Assembly (NCBI GenBank): GCA_964016885.1
Contig: OZ024741.1
Span: 147,684,001-147,748,000, forward strand
DNA length: 64,000 nt
Direction of reading: 5' to 3'
Source of the DNA: Eledone cirrhosa
Lineage: Eukaryota
Shown here one piece after another: positions 42,580 through 55,423 of the stretch. The translations under genes and the position numbers were made by a program. Below the pieces are notes generated by a model. The model was not told the origin of the DNA. It saw only the letters and a program-made list of their open reading frames with translations, and searched no databases. Each line of letters opens with the position of its first letter. The stretch's first letter is position 1.

Positions 42580-44919
42580 TCAATACTGGAAACAGCTCTA
42601 CAGAAAATGTCGAATAGGAAATCGCCAGGCCCAGACCTCATTACAGGATACTGGTTGAAGAATTTCACTTTCTATCGGCAAGATCTCATACGGCTGTTTA
42701 CAGAAACCATTAAAGGCACACAAGAACTGCCCAGATGGTTATCAACTGCCACTACTCTCCTCATTCCCCAAAATAGCCAAACCACCCTTGCTAAAAATTA
42801 CCGCCCAATAGCCTGCCAAAACATCATGTATAAATTATATACTGGGTGCCTTAACCTGTTCTTACAGGATCACTGTGCTACCAACAACATCATAACACCT
42901 GAGCAAGCTGGTAGAAAGAGGGAGGTGTGGGGATGCATAGATCACCTACTAACTAACAAAATGATTCAGGAAAAAACAACAAAGAATCGCAGACACATGA
43001 CTGTCGTGTGGCTGGACTATCAAAAAGCATTTGATAGTGTACCTCATGGTGGATTATCAAGGCTTTACAGTTAGCTAAAGTCTCACAGCCATTGGTAGCT
43101 GCTGTTGAACGCCTGACCAAGAACTGGTACACCAATTTGATCCTTAGAGGTGAGAAGGAGCAAATTAAGACTGATAAGATACATTAGCAGAAGGGCATAT
43201 TTCAGGGTGACAGCTTGTCAGTGCTACTCTTCGTTCTCTTACTGAATCCACTATCTTACCTACTCAGGAAACAAGGTGGACAAAGAAGTGGGCCCAGAAG
43301 TATCTCCCATCTTTTCCTTGTTGACGACCTGAAGTTGTATGGGCCAAATATCAATGACATCAAGAAACAATTGGACCTCATTACACAATTTTCAACAGAC
43401 ATCAAAATGAAATTTGGTGAGTCCAAGTGTGCATATTTGGCAGTAAAACGTGGAAGAGCTGTGCCTTCCTCTAGAAATCTAGAGATGAACGGCCTGACAA
43501 TACAACCTCTACAGTCAGGTGACAACTACAGATATCTTGGACAGGATGAGAATGTCAGATATGATGGACCCATAAATAAGGAGAGCACCAGAACTGAATA
43601 CCTCAGAAGAGTAAAGAAAATATGGTCATCAGAATTGTCAGCGTACAACAAATACATTGCCCACAATACTTATGCTGTGCCAATTCTAACGCCAACATTT
43701 GGCCTGGTCATTGCAAGAACTAAGTGAGATGGATGTTAGAACTCGAAAACTTCTCAGTGTTACTGGGAACTTTAACATCAATGGTGATGTGGATAGGCTA
43801 TACTTCTCACGCAAGGAAGGTGGCCAGGGTCTAAAATCAATATTAACAACATATGAGACCCGGATAGTAACACTGAAGCAACACCTTCAACAGAGGAAAA
43901 AGGTTGGCAACCATCTTGCCCATGTTTATGAGCATGAAAAAAAAAATCATTAGAATAGCGACTGATCAGGAGGAGAGATATGGAATAAAGCCTGATAAAA
44001 ATCTCTCACCCAGAGAAATCGGAAGATCCTATTCAATGTTCAAACAAGATAAAAAAATTGACCAGTTTACAGAAAAAGTTGTGCATGGATACTTGAGGCG
44101 TAAAACACAGACCATAGAGGGGATAAACCACTCAAAAAGCCTGGCATGGAGTTCCGACAAGTTTATGACATCACACCTTGAGGGATATCTCTATGCAATA
44201 CAGGAACAAGAACTCCCTACCAAATATCTGCTGCACAAAAGAGGAGGGCCAGCAGCTGACAATAAATGTAGGCTATGTAAAACAAAGGTCGAGGATGTAA
44301 GCCACATTGTTGCCAGCTGCGAAAGAATGTCATCTCGCTACTACCTCCCCATGAGACACGATGGGATAGCTAGAACCATCTGGAACGCACTTCGGAAAAC
44401 AAAATTAACAAACGAGGAAGAATATATTGAGACAGATGGCACTAAGGAATACTGGTGGAACCTGAAAATAAAAACTGCCACCAAATTAAAGCACAACCGG
44501 CCTGATATTGTTGTTTGGGACCACACATTGAAAACGTGTTCTACTGTGAAGATCAGCTGCCCACTTGTTGTAAACGTTATCAGAAAAATACAGGAGAAGG
44601 AGGACATCTACGGACCATTGATGAGGAGTTTACAAATCCAGTATCCAAGATACACCTTTAGCTTCATACCCATCATGATTGGAGCTACGAGTTATATACC
44701 AACCCGCTTGGACCTAAGTATGACTGAACTTGGATTTGCGGACAAAAAGCGCAGCTCCCTAATTCATAGTCTACAAATGGCTGCGATAGCTGGCTACTTC
44801 AAAATTTGCAAAACATTCTTGCGATTCAAGGGATGACAATTTCTTTTCTTTTACAACCTTGCCACCAGGAAGGTGGCCGGTCAAAAAAATATACTCGAAA
44901 TTAAGAGGAGGAGATAAAA
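42580..44919 (+). mobile_element. R4/Dong-clade non-LTR retrotransposon (RT + CCHC + restriction-like endonuclease), 5'-truncated and frameshifted
   Basis: KSPGPD, NYRPIAC, WLDYQKAFDSVPH, GIFQGDSLS, HLFLVDDLKLY, DRLYFSRKEGG, CRLC..HIVASC, RHD and NRPDIVVWD; followed by (TACA)n at 44920-44990. Confidence 0.9.
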
Positions 44920-45240
44920 TACATACATACATACATACATACATACATACATACATACATACATACATACATACATACATACATACATACACACACAGGC
45001 CGGCGTTGGTGTTTGATGAGGTTGAGAACCTGGTCAGCTTTCAACCAGAGCTGTGGTATTTAATCTCCTTAGGTAATAAAATCTGGAGTCAAAATGTTCT
45101 CCTTACCAAAAAAAACAACATAAATCATGTCAACATCCTTGCACACTTAAATATAAATGCATGTATATATACACATGTATAAATGCATAGCTATATACAT
45201 AGGTAAATATATGTATGTATATATGTATGTATGTATGTAG

Positions 45241-45293
<53 letters not shown>

Positions 45294-45296
<3 letters not shown>

Positions 45297-45768
45297 CGTT
45301 TCTGAATTTGTTTAGCAAGATTCTTTATCTGAAAACGTGTGTTGAAACCGATATTGTTATACTTTGGAAGGGTCATGTTGCCAATAAGAAACACACGCAC
45401 CAGTTGCTTTCACTTCAATTTATTATAATAAATTTATAAATTTCCGGTTGGTTGGTTGGTTCCACAACCAGATGGTTGTTTATATATTGTCAAAGTTCTT
45501 TCGTCACACATTCCTACGCCATCTTGTTTTTGAAACAAGATGGCGTAGGACAGAACAAAGGAGAGGCACAAAAAAACAAAGGAAAGAATCCCCAGTCACC
45601 GAAGAGGTCATAGAATGTGTGACGAAAGAACTTTGACAATATATAAACAACCATCTGGTTGTGAAACCAACCAACCAACCGGAAATTTATAAATTTATTA
45701 TAATAAATTGAAGTGAAATCAACTGGTGCGTGTGTTTCTTATTGGCAATATGACCCTCCCAAAGTATA
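45294..45768. repeat. Fold-back copy of the 11580-11889 Penelope 3' module between (TA)n tracts
   Basis: 45294-45529 is a minus-strand copy with an internal deletion; 45533-45768 is the plus copy. The hammerhead at 45594-45637 has CCGAAGA (U4C). Confidence 0.9.
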
Positions 45769-46140
45769 AAAATATATATATATATATATATTAAACACAC
45801 ACACAGACATACACGTATATATATATATATATATTTCCTTTTTTCAGTCTGGTCTACCTCTGGATAGAACAAAATGTAATCTTGTAAAATCCATAGAGAA
45901 GTTGTGTGTTTCGCTGAATTAATTCTTTAGATACAGAGTCAGATATTAGGTATTAAATTAACAATAAAAATAAAAACAACAAAATAAAAAAAAAGTTACA
46001 AAGTAACTTGACTTTGTTCTTTTTATTTTCATTGTTAATTTGATAACAAACACACACACACGCACACAAACTCACACACAGACACAGACACACACACAGA
46101 CACACACACAGACACAGACACACACACAGACACACACACA

Positions 46141-46198
<58 letters not shown>

Positions 46199-46223
46199 AA
46201 CACACACACATATATATATATAT

Positions 46224-46345
46224 GCGCAGTGTGACAAGAAGCTTGCTTCCTAACCACATATTTCCGGATTCAGTCCCACTGCCCGAGCCGACCAAAGCCC
46301 TGTGAGTGGATTTGATAGACCGAAACTAAAAGAAGCGCGTCGTAT
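46224..46345 (+). mobile_element. Second tRNA-derived SINE family, degenerate
   Basis: Degenerate A- and B-box-like GCAGTGTGACAAG..GGATTCAGTCCC, then CCGACCAAAGCCCTGTGAGTGGATTTG and a microsatellite tail. Confidence 0.5.
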
Positions 46346-46486
46346 ATATGCATATATGTCTGTGTGTGTCTTTGCGTTTGTGATTGCGCTCCAACCAATG
46401 CTTGTTGGTTTGTTGACGTCCCCATAAATTTACGAAGGTGATGCTCCAGCATGGGCGTAGTCCAGAGACAGAAAAAAAGTAAAGTG

Positions 46487-46517
<31 letters not shown>

Positions 46518-46599
46518 AGAAGAGGCGTCTCAAACTGAAGGACATAAAAGGGCCATTACGTGTTGGAGGAGAGGCACAGTGGGCCAAACGTGCCTACTA

Positions 46600-46800
46600 T
46601 AGGCACAAGGCATGAAATTTAGGGTTTAGGGTCCCGTCGATTACATCGATTCCAGTTCACAACTGGTACTTAATTTATCGACCCCAAAAGGACGAAAGGC
46701 AAAGTTGAGATCGGCGGAATTTGAACTCAGAACGTAAAAACGGAAGAAGTACCGCTAAGCATTTCGCCAGATGTGCTAACGATTCCACCAGCTCACCGCC
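46600..46800 (-). mobile_element. tRNA-derived SINE, diverged full-length copy
   Basis: Reverse complement reads GGCGGTGAGCTGGTGGAATCGTTAG..GAGTTCAAATTCCGCCGA..GGGGTCGATAAATTAAGTACCAG. Confidence 0.8.
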
Positions 46801-46897
46801 ATATTTTCACCCGTTATAATGGAATCTGAAATATTGGCTCTACCACGGGCCATAGAAAAGTAGTTCGTGGGCCGCATGTTTGAGGTCTCTGTTGGAG

Positions 46898-46965
<68 letters not shown>

Positions 46966-47201
46966 TTCTTTATTAGCCACAGGGGCACAAAAGAAGGGGA
47001 CAAATACAAAGGGGGAAGTTTACATACAATAAAAACGTGTAAAATGTTATCACAGATGGAATTTAAAAGTTAGTCGATTTTCCCCAATAGAGGGAGACAG
47101 TTTATATGGGTAACACAGACCCCCGAAAAAAATGTGCAACCCTCATCTCCAGGCGTACGAAGAGCTTGTACTCCTTTCCTCTCCTCCTCCTTTTCCTCAA
47201 C

Positions 47202-50200
47202 CTACAGGCTGATATAGAGAGAAGGCCCATTCACTCGGGCCATTCTCGCCACTTTCACCCACCTTTCATAAAACTTGCTGGGGTACAGCACCTCTCTCTC
47301 CATCCTGATTCTTCTTCCAAAGTGGTATTTGAAAAAAAGAATCAGTTGTTGGCCGGAGAGAAAGGTGTCTGACCTCAGCCCTTTCAACCTTGTCCACCAT
47401 ACAACCTCTTTCGCCATAGCTATCACACAAAGGAAAACCGCTTCTCCTTCGTTTTTGAAGGAGGGTGGCGGTTTGATCATGACAATGGACTCGGTGGTCA
47501 ACTGGATTGGTCCCACCCGCGACAATAGTCGTTCTACATAGCCCCACAGGTCAGTGACGCCCGGGCAGTGTATGAATGCGTGCGCGACGGTTTCTTCGTC
47601 TCGCACGCACCTCGGACAGATCTTTTTTGCAGGGTCCCTGCCCGGGCGCCCATGTCTGTAGAGCTTGTCTCGAACTGGTAGAGCTCCTCGGTAGCACTGC
47701 CAGGCCAGGGACTTTTGGAAGTTGTCCATCGGTCCCGGGCGGAAGGTCCTACCGAACAGACTGGCCAGTTCATCTTCCTCCACGCCTAGAGTTTCACCGA
47801 GCGCGTCGTCGCACTTGCTGCGGACCAACCCTCTATAGAATGACGAAGTGGAGTCTCCACTGATCGCTGGGTCCGCCTGCCAGAGGGCTGTGAGCGCCTG
47901 AGCACATTCGATGTGCCAGTCGCCCATTTTCCTCGGTCTCTGCTTGACCCAGGACTGCAGCTCGGTCAGCGAGATGAGTCGTGGGAAGGCTCGCCTCACG
48001 AACGGGGCCCACACCGGTTGTCCGGTGAGGAATACGTAGAGATGCCGCAGCCTGAGCGCGTGTTTGCGCATCGTCAACCACGGCATCCCCAGCCCTCCGT
48101 TAGAAGGGTGTTGGCAGCAGATGGATCTTCTTACCAAAGGAGCCCGCCTCTTCCAAAGGAATCGGAAGAGGGCGCGCTCCATTTTGGCGAGCGTTTTGGC
48201 TGGACAAGGCACGACGGTCAAGCGGTAGTAGATGGCGGACGCTATAAAAGTGTTCGCCACCTCCGCTCGACCTTTCAAGGATAGTTTGCACTCGGCCCAC
48301 TTCTGGGTGAGTGCAAACACCTTGGACGTCACTTCGTTCCAGTTCTTCTCCACCTGGAGGTCCGGACCAAACCAGACCCCGAGCAGCTTTACCGGTCCTT
48401 CCGTCCAGCGTCCGACGACGCCATCGGAAGGCATCGGTCTGCCTCTCCACGATCCGAGTTGCAAACCGATGGACTTGTCTCGGTTCAGCTTCGCTCCTGT
48501 GAGACTTTCGTATTCCTTTAGTAAGGTGCCGACTTCCTCGATTTGCGAGGCGCTCGACACCATTACTGTCACGTCGTCGGCGTAGGCCGACGCCGCTTTC
48601 CGCAGTCCCGGTTCCAGAGGGATGCCCTGCAATAGCTCCAGCTTCCGCAGTAGTGGCTTGAGAGTCAGTACGTACAGAAGGGAGGAGAGAGGGCATCCCT
48701 GTCGAATGGATCGCGTAATATGGAACGGCTCCGAGAGGTAACCGTTCACCTTGACCCTTGAGCAGATGTTGCTGTTGTGCATTGCAGCAATCCAGCCCCT
48801 GAACACGGGTCCGAAGCCTGCCGCCTCGAGCACCGCATCCAGGTAACGATGGTCAACCCTATCGAAAGCCTTAGACTGATCCAAGTTGATCAGGGCCCCA
48901 CCGAAGCCGGGTTTACACCCTACCCTCTCTATGATGTATCGCATGAGGTGGAGGTTGTCGTGTATGGACCTGGTCGGGATCGCGCATGTCTGCGCTTCTC
49001 CCACCAGGTTCTCGACGACAAGCGCCAGCCTCTTTGCCAACACCTTGGCCAAAATCTGTAACTCTGTGTTTAGCAGAGTTATGGGCCGGAAGTTGCCTAT
49101 GTCATCCCCCTTATTCTCGTCCTTCCTGATTAGTGTGACCACGCCCCCGGTTACAGAACTGGGAATTCTCCCGTTCTGTTGCCAGTTGCAGTAGACCGCT
49201 TCCAGGAGACCGGAGAATAAGTCCGGCATTGCTACGTAAAATTCGTAGGGTAGACCGTCGAGACCTGGAGATTTGCGTTTGCCGCATTGGCTCAGCGCGT
49301 CCCCTATCTCAGTGGCTGAAATCGGCTTTTCGCAGAACTTCGCCTCACTGTCCGAGAGTCGCGGTAGGCCGTCGAGGTATGGACCGAAATCCATAGCCTC
49401 TCCCGGCGCGCCGCTCCCCCCGAACAGCCGAGCAAAGTGCCGCTGAAAAGCCGCACACATCTGCTTCGGCTCACGTATCACGCGTCCGTTTTGGTCCTTC
49501 AAAGACCGAATCGTGGACTTGTTGCCACTTTTTGCCTCCGTCACTCGGGCCCAGCTAACAGCTTTGGCTCCCTCGTTTCCCAGAGCACGTATTTTGCTTC
49601 TGACAACGCAGCCCTCGTGCTTTGCGTCGAAGAACTGGTCCAAGGCCGTTCTCGTTGCTAGCACGCTGGCTACGTTGCCACTTCTAATTGCCTCTTCTAC
49701 TTTATCTACCAGTTCCTTCTCGGTTCTATTTCTATCTAACGCTAATTCTTTACTAAAAACTATCGAGTCTAATCTAACTGCCCTCTTGAGAGAGTACCAC
49801 CATCTGTTGTTGACAATGGCCCCTGTCAAGTGCTGTTTAACTAAAGTGCTAATCCGTCTACTGTAGGCTTTGCTTGTCGGTAACGACAAGTTCAGCTTCC
49901 AGTAGCCGGGTCCTTGTCTATGGGTTCTATCAAGGTTGGCCATGCAGGTCACTAGTTTGTGATCTGAATAGGCAACCATGAACATTTGTGGACAGCTTAA
50001 CATGTCCCTATCCTTATTTCTAACTAGAACCCTATCTAGGTACGATCTAGATGTTCCGCTACGATTACTCCACGTCCACATTGGCGCAGTCGGAAAATCT
50101 AGTCGATATCTATCGGCCAGGTCAAATCGGTCGATTAACTGTTTGAGGCTGTTACACCCCCCTTTGTCGGGACATGCTCCCACATAGTCCCAACGTGCAT

Positions 50201-50639
50201 CTAGGATTCCATTCCAGTCCCCCACTAAAAGCAAGGAGCGGGACGTTCCCAGAAAAGTCTCTAGACGTTTGAAGAAGTCTGGCCGCGGTGTCCCGGATGG
50301 GGCATATGCGGCCACCAGCCTGAAGGCTCCACCTTCACTACCGTCAACGTCTAGGACCACCAGTCGACCCTCCGGGTCCAGATGTACCGTCTGTGTTACG
50401 AGGCCCAGGTGTTTCCGCAGCAAAACGGCAACTCCGCCCCCACCCCCCGGTTGACAGAGAGATGCGTAGATCTCAAAGTCATCGAAGATGGGGGCCAGCT
50501 GTCGCTCGCCGTGGATCCTGGACTCGCAAATGGCTACCACATCCAAACTGTGTGACCTGAGGTCGTTTAAGAGTTTGCCCTGTTTCCAGGGCATCCCCAG
50601 GCCGCGTACGTTCACACATCCAACTCTTATATTGGCCAT
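47202..50639 (-). CDS. LINE ORF2: APE endonuclease + reverse transcriptase + CCHC finger, 1145 aa, uninterrupted
   Basis: NVRGL, YAP, GDWN, YLDRV and SDH; KSPGLDG, FRPITLLN, LDQSKAFDRVDH, RQGCPLS and YADD; CPRC..HAFIHC. Confidence 0.95.
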   Translation of the reverse strand: MANIRVGCVNVRGLGMPWKQGKLLNDLRSHSLDVVAICESRIHGERQLAPIFDDFEIYASLCQPGGGGGVAVLLRKHLGLVTQTVHLDPEGRLVVLDVDGSEGGAFRLVAAYAPSGTPRPDFFKRLETFLGTSRSLLLVGDWNGILDARWDYVGACPDKGGCNSLKQLIDRFDLADRYRLDFPTAPMWTWSNRSGTSRSYLDRVLVRNKDRDMLSCPQMFMVAYSDHKLVTCMANLDRTHRQGPGYWKLNLSLPTSKAYSRRISTLVKQHLTGAIVNNRWWYSLKRAVRLDSIVFSKELALDRNRTEKELVDKVEEAIRSGNVASVLATRTALDQFFDAKHEGCVVRSKIRALGNEGAKAVSWARVTEAKSGNKSTIRSLKDQNGRVIREPKQMCAAFQRHFARLFGGSGAPGEAMDFGPYLDGLPRLSDSEAKFCEKPISATEIGDALSQCGKRKSPGLDGLPYEFYVAMPDLFSGLLEAVYCNWQQNGRIPSSVTGGVVTLIRKDENKGDDIGNFRPITLLNTELQILAKVLAKRLALVVENLVGEAQTCAIPTRSIHDNLHLMRYIIERVGCKPGFGGALINLDQSKAFDRVDHRYLDAVLEAAGFGPVFRGWIAAMHNSNICSRVKVNGYLSEPFHITRSIRQGCPLSSLLYVLTLKPLLRKLELLQGIPLEPGLRKAASAYADDVTVMVSSASQIEEVGTLLKEYESLTGAKLNRDKSIGLQLGSWRGRPMPSDGVVGRWTEGPVKLLGVWFGPDLQVEKNWNEVTSKVFALTQKWAECKLSLKGRAEVANTFIASAIYYRLTVVPCPAKTLAKMERALFRFLWKRRAPLVRRSICCQHPSNGGLGMPWLTMRKHALRLRHLYVFLTGQPVWAPFVRRAFPRLISLTELQSWVKQRPRKMGDWHIECAQALTALWQADPAISGDSTSSFYRGLVRSKCDDALGETLGVEEDELASLFGRTFRPGPMDNFQKSLAWQCYRGALPVRDKLYRHGRPGRDPAKKICPRCVRDEETVAHAFIHCPGVTDLWGYVERLLSRVGPIQLTTESIVMIKPPPSFKNEGEAVFLCVIAMAKEVVWWTRLKGLRSDTFLSGQQLILFFKYHFGRRIRMEREVLYPSKFYERWVKVARMARVNGPSLYISL

Positions 50640-50672
50640 GTTGGTGCTGAAAAGTTAAAAGAGGAAAAGAGA

Positions 50673-52573
50673 TCATTCAGCCTTCGCCTCCTGGGGACCA
50701 GGCCGCACGATTTCCATGGGGGTGTTGGAGGGGTTGTCTGGATGGGTGGTGGTTTCCGGCGGGGTGGGGACGCAGATGTTTGGTGGGGTGGGGTCTGGTG
50801 GAATGGGGGTGTCTGGGGTGGGGAGGCATTTGAGAAGGACGCGGTTGAGTGGTTTCACGCAGGAATTCCCCACATCCTTCTCAAATGTTTCTTTTAGGGA
50901 CCTATAAGTTTGTATAGGGACCCTAATCAGTCTTAGGTTCAGTTTTTTGCTATTTTTTATAGAGTGGGCGAAAGTTTTCCCTTCGGTGAAAACCGAAGGG
51001 TCGTTCGTGATGGTCTCCATTAGTGTTTTGTTTTCAGTGTTTATGTAAGTGTAAGTGTAATTTTCTTGTGTTGTGTTTGTTTTTGTCTGTGCTTTCGTTT
51101 TGTTGTAGGTATTTTGTTTTCAGGAGGTGGGGGTTTGGTTTGTGATATTTTTGTTGTTTGTGTTGGTGGTTGTATGTTTGTGGTAGTGTTTGCTGGTTTT
51201 TTGCTTTTGTGATGTCTTTTCTTTCTTTTCGAGCGATGGGGTTCTCCCTCGTCTTCACTGGGTGATGGCGAGATAGCCTCATCTGTTGTATCGTCTGTGT
51301 GATTGGGGAGGGGTATGTCTTGGGGAGCTGTTGTGTCTGTATGTGATTTTGCAGTGGTTTTAGGTGGAGTGGGGTTGGGTGGGACTGTGTTTGTTGTGGT
51401 TATTTTTGTGTGTTGGTGTTGTTGTTGTGGTGGTGTTGGTGGTTGTGTTGTTTTGATGGGTGTCGGCAGAAGAGCCTTTTTTTGGTTCATTAGTTTAGGA
51501 CAGGAAGCCCTCAGGTGACCCCTGCTAAAGCAATGGTAACATGAAGGCCGCCTACCCTCAACCGAAAGGTTTATGTAGGTAAGTCCGTCCAGGAGTACAC
51601 GCTGTGGGATCATAGCTATTCGCTCTGGGCTCATTTGCACCAGAACTTCAATGCTAGTCCCATTGAATACATCTCTGGGGGACTTGCCTACTGACAGTAT
51701 TCTGTCTTCATCAAAATTGATGAAGCCGCACAGTATCCACCATATGTTCACCTTTGGTGTGACACTTGTGATTCTGATCTTTTGTGTCCTTTTTCCCATG
51801 TATGTAGGGAAAAAGGTGTACAGGTTGGATACAATTGGCGACACAGAGTAATTTTGGGCCGTCAATTGATCCTTCATCAGTACCGAAATACTCCCAAAAA
51901 GTTTGCTTCTTTGAATGAATGCAATATCATTCATTGAATCTTTGAAAACCAGTTCAATATCTTTCTGTGACAATTGGACTGGTTTTCGGGTAGAATTGGA
52001 AACTGTCCTAAAAACTATCGTTTTGAGAGCAGTTTCCTTGCGAATTTCTACCGGAGAATTGATGCTGAAAGCACCATTTTTTTCGAAGGTGACATATCTC
52101 TTAGCGTCCTTTAAAAGGTGTTCAGCATTTGTTATGTCGAGATATATCAATTGTTCTTTCTTTTGAACTTTCTCCGCAAAGGAGATTTTTGGTTTCTTTG
52201 TGGAATCCGTATTGGTGGTGTTGTCATTATTGTTGTTATTCTTGTTGTTATTCTTGTTGTCACCGATGTTGGTATCATCCGTATTATCCTTGGTGTTGTT
52301 GTTGTCTTTGATGCTGGTGTTATTGGCGTTGTCTTTATTTTTTTCTTTGTTGTTGTTATCATTGTTGCTTTTATCATCATTATTGGTTTTGCTGTTATTT
52401 TTGTTGTCATTGAGCTGTTTGGTGTCATTTGTGTTGTTTGGATGTGAATTCGTTTTTTTATTTTCATTTTGTCTTTCCATCTCTATAGTATCTAGTGAAG
52501 AAGACGTTGTTGACTGCGAGCTTTGTAGTCTTACCGCCTCTCCACCACCATTATCGTTGGACGCAGCGTTCAT
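50673..52573 (-). CDS. LINE ORF1 (gag-like, zinc knuckle), probably one ORF with a single frameshift near 51100
   Basis: 510-aa ORF 52573-51041 with an Asn-rich N-terminus and CYHCFSRGHLRASC. The frame of ORF 51020-50673 stays open upstream through an A-rich tract. Confidence 0.8.
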
Positions 52574-52796
52574 AACGTAATCAAAATTTTACAATATTTT
52601 TTCCAAGATTCGATGGAGAAAATTTTTTAAATGGATATTCCGCCCCTGAAGGGGCGAAAATGAGTTGACCCACCACCTGAAGGTCCAGACGGGTGGTCAA
52701 GTTACACAATGATATAAAATTGAACTAAAAACTCACGTTTTTTCCTTACATAAATTAACGGAAACTTTTCCGCGAAGTGACACACGACTGATAGAG

Positions 52797-52883
<87 letters not shown>

Positions 52884-52917
52884 CGTGTACCAAACACACA
52901 CACACATTTCTAACTCC

Positions 52918-52967
<50 letters not shown>

Positions 52968-52974
52968 GTTCGTT

Positions 52975-54400
52975 CTCCACATTCATCAGTCTCTCATAAT
53001 GACATTTCCAGGCCTCCTTTTTTTGATCATTCTTGACACTAAGTACACCGGCATCATTCCGGACACACTTATCTCCAACAACATCCTGATTTGCACTGCC
53101 ACACTGCCTTGCAGTACGGAACACCGCACGTCTCTGATCTTCCCGTCGCAGAAGATTGGCTAACCTCCTACTCTCAGTCTCCCTGCGTGCTAAGTACACC
53201 TGATGTCTAGCTTCTCTCTTAGCGACTGTATATCCTTCTCTACTCCCACCATTTTTCCAAGCGTTCCATGCCAGTCTTTTGTCTCTAATGGCCCTATCTA
53301 CCGTGCTGTTCCACCACCTGGTCACTCTCTGTCTGGCTGAAGTCTGCCACAGCCACAAGTTTCTTCAGTAGCCTGCAGTAAGTTGTCACGTAAGAAATTC
53401 CAGTTATCATCTATGTCATACGTCTCTAAATCGTCTTCTTTTTCGTCATACACATCTTGAAGGACTTTCCTAAATTTATATTTTAGTGAAAGGTCTTTTA
53501 GCTTCCAGACCTTTCTTTTCTACACCTTCCTGTATGTCTCATTCTTTCTCTTGCTTACTGAGATGTCACTAACGGCTAACCTATGCTGTGGGGTACGTTC
53601 TTCCCCGGGGTATGCCTTAGTATTTGACACCATCTGTCTGTCTGTCTCGCTGTCTAACTAGCAGGCAGTCAATCTGGCTTATGTGCTCACCAGATTTGTA
53701 GGTTATTAGGTGGTTGGTAGGTTTCTGGAAGTTAGTGTTGCAAATGGTTAGCGCACTTGCATCACAAAATTCAAGACGCTTCACTCCTTCTTCATTTCTT
53801 GAGCTGTAACCGTGCCCACCATGTACCCCAGTGTATCCATCCTGGAGCTGTCCAACATGACCATTGAAGTCCCCTGCTAGCATAACGACGTCTCCGTCCC
53901 CTGTCATTGAGGCTGTTTGTAAAAGTTGCTCGTAAAAGCATACTTTCTCTTCTTTACCTAGGCTTGCCTGGGGAACATAGGCAGAGATAATTGTCAGTAG
54001 TCTCTTGCCTACAACTAATCTAAGCTTAATTATTCTATTACTAACTCTAACTACCTCTAGTATCTTATCATCCATCTCTCAGCTAACCCATCATCATTAC
54101 CCACCCAGAAAAGCTTATAACTAAGCTGTTTGCTTGCGATAAGTCTTGCAGAGGCACCTCTCCATCTCACCTCTTGCACGCAGCACACATCCACATGCCT
54201 TCTCTCCAGCATCTCCACTATCGCACCAGATCTTCCTGTTAGAGTGCCAACATTAAGTGTGGCAAATCTGAGATGTGACGTCTTCATATCCTTGTTCTTT
54301 TTCCTTTTGTGCGATTGCTTGATCACAGGCGGGGGGTTCTCGCACATGGCCTCACCAGCCACCCCACTACCGTGCGCATACCTAACATGGTTAGTGTTAT
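52975..54400 (-). mobile_element. RTE-clade LINE 5' portion (APE domain), decayed
   Basis: FATLNVGTL, CVQEVRW, AGDFNGHVG, QIDCLLV and RWWN; same family as 15197-16032. Confidence 0.88.
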
Positions 54401-54499
54401 TGCTGTTTACACAAAAGAAATGTTTATATATCAAGCTTCTTTCTGTTCTGTTGCCTCTATATGAATGCATAAAATCCGTCGGCTAGAATTTGCAGACAA

Positions 54500-54930
54500 C
54501 AAGGTGTTACTCAACAGAAGGTGATCTCTGACTTGCACTTGATAGGTTTGAAACTGAGTGCTTCATGACTGGAAAGAAAATTAGTGCTGCAAAAACTGAG
54601 ACACTCGTCTTCTCAAAGAAGCCTACAGAGTGCACTCTACATGTGATTGAAGTTCCATTGAAGCAGATTGAGAAGTTCAAGTATCTCAGAGCCATATTCA
54701 TGAGTGATGGAAGGCAGGAGACTGAGTTAAGTGCAAGAATTGCATGAGCTGGTGCAGTAATACGCCAACTTTGTCAATCAGTAACCAGAAGAAGGGAGGT
54801 AGATGTAAAAGCTAAACTCGTTATCTTCAATTTGGTATTCATGTCAACCCTTAGCTATGGTCATAAATCTTAGCTAATGACCGAAAGAATATGATCGCGA
54901 ATACAAGCGGCCAAAATGGGATGCCTCCAT
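54500..54930 (+). mobile_element. RTE-type RT C-terminal fragment
   Basis: KISAAKTETLV..KQIEKFKYL..ARIA. Confidence 0.7.
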
Positions 54931-55423
54931 ATCTATATATTATCATTAAGTCCAGCTCTACAATGAAAACATAACAGGAACATGCATTTCGTTGGCTTAA
55001 CCAACTTTTCAGCCTATGCTGGGGGGAAAAAGAACCAGAAATAGCTTAGGAATAATATAAAGGAAGGAAGAAAATTATAGAAAGTAATTTTAAGAAACCA
55101 GCATGGGGGACCCTTGCAGTTAGAATGAATGAGTATAGAGTTACATGCTACGTAGGCTGTAGGCCAAACCCCAAAAATTCGAAAAAAAGATAACTTAGGC
55201 ATAAAGTAAGGTATAAGAGGGAATATGTTTTTAGAGTTAACTGCAGCGAAATAAATAAAAAAAGCCCATTTAGGCTACTGACACATTTTCATAACTAGAT
55301 CGAAGACTGTATTAACTGGAAACTCACCATTTTCAAGATGATATTTGTCATTACTGAGATTACGTGTTGGAAACTGAACCAAATCATATAATACCGTTTA
55401 TGCAGTCTTTATATATTAAATTA

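Larger units (their letters stand above)
46965..52789 (-). mobile_element. Full-length Tx1/L1-clade non-LTR retrotransposon flanked by (GATA)n on both sides
   Basis: 5' UTR, ORF1, ORF2 and a 3' UTR ending AATAAAGAAA; (GATA)n at 46899-46965 and 52790-52883. Confidence 0.92.

Noticed and set aside
47266-50454. Numerous short ORFs overlapping the Tx1 ORF2
   Set aside because: These are shadow frames of a GC-rich coding sequence and contain no motifs.
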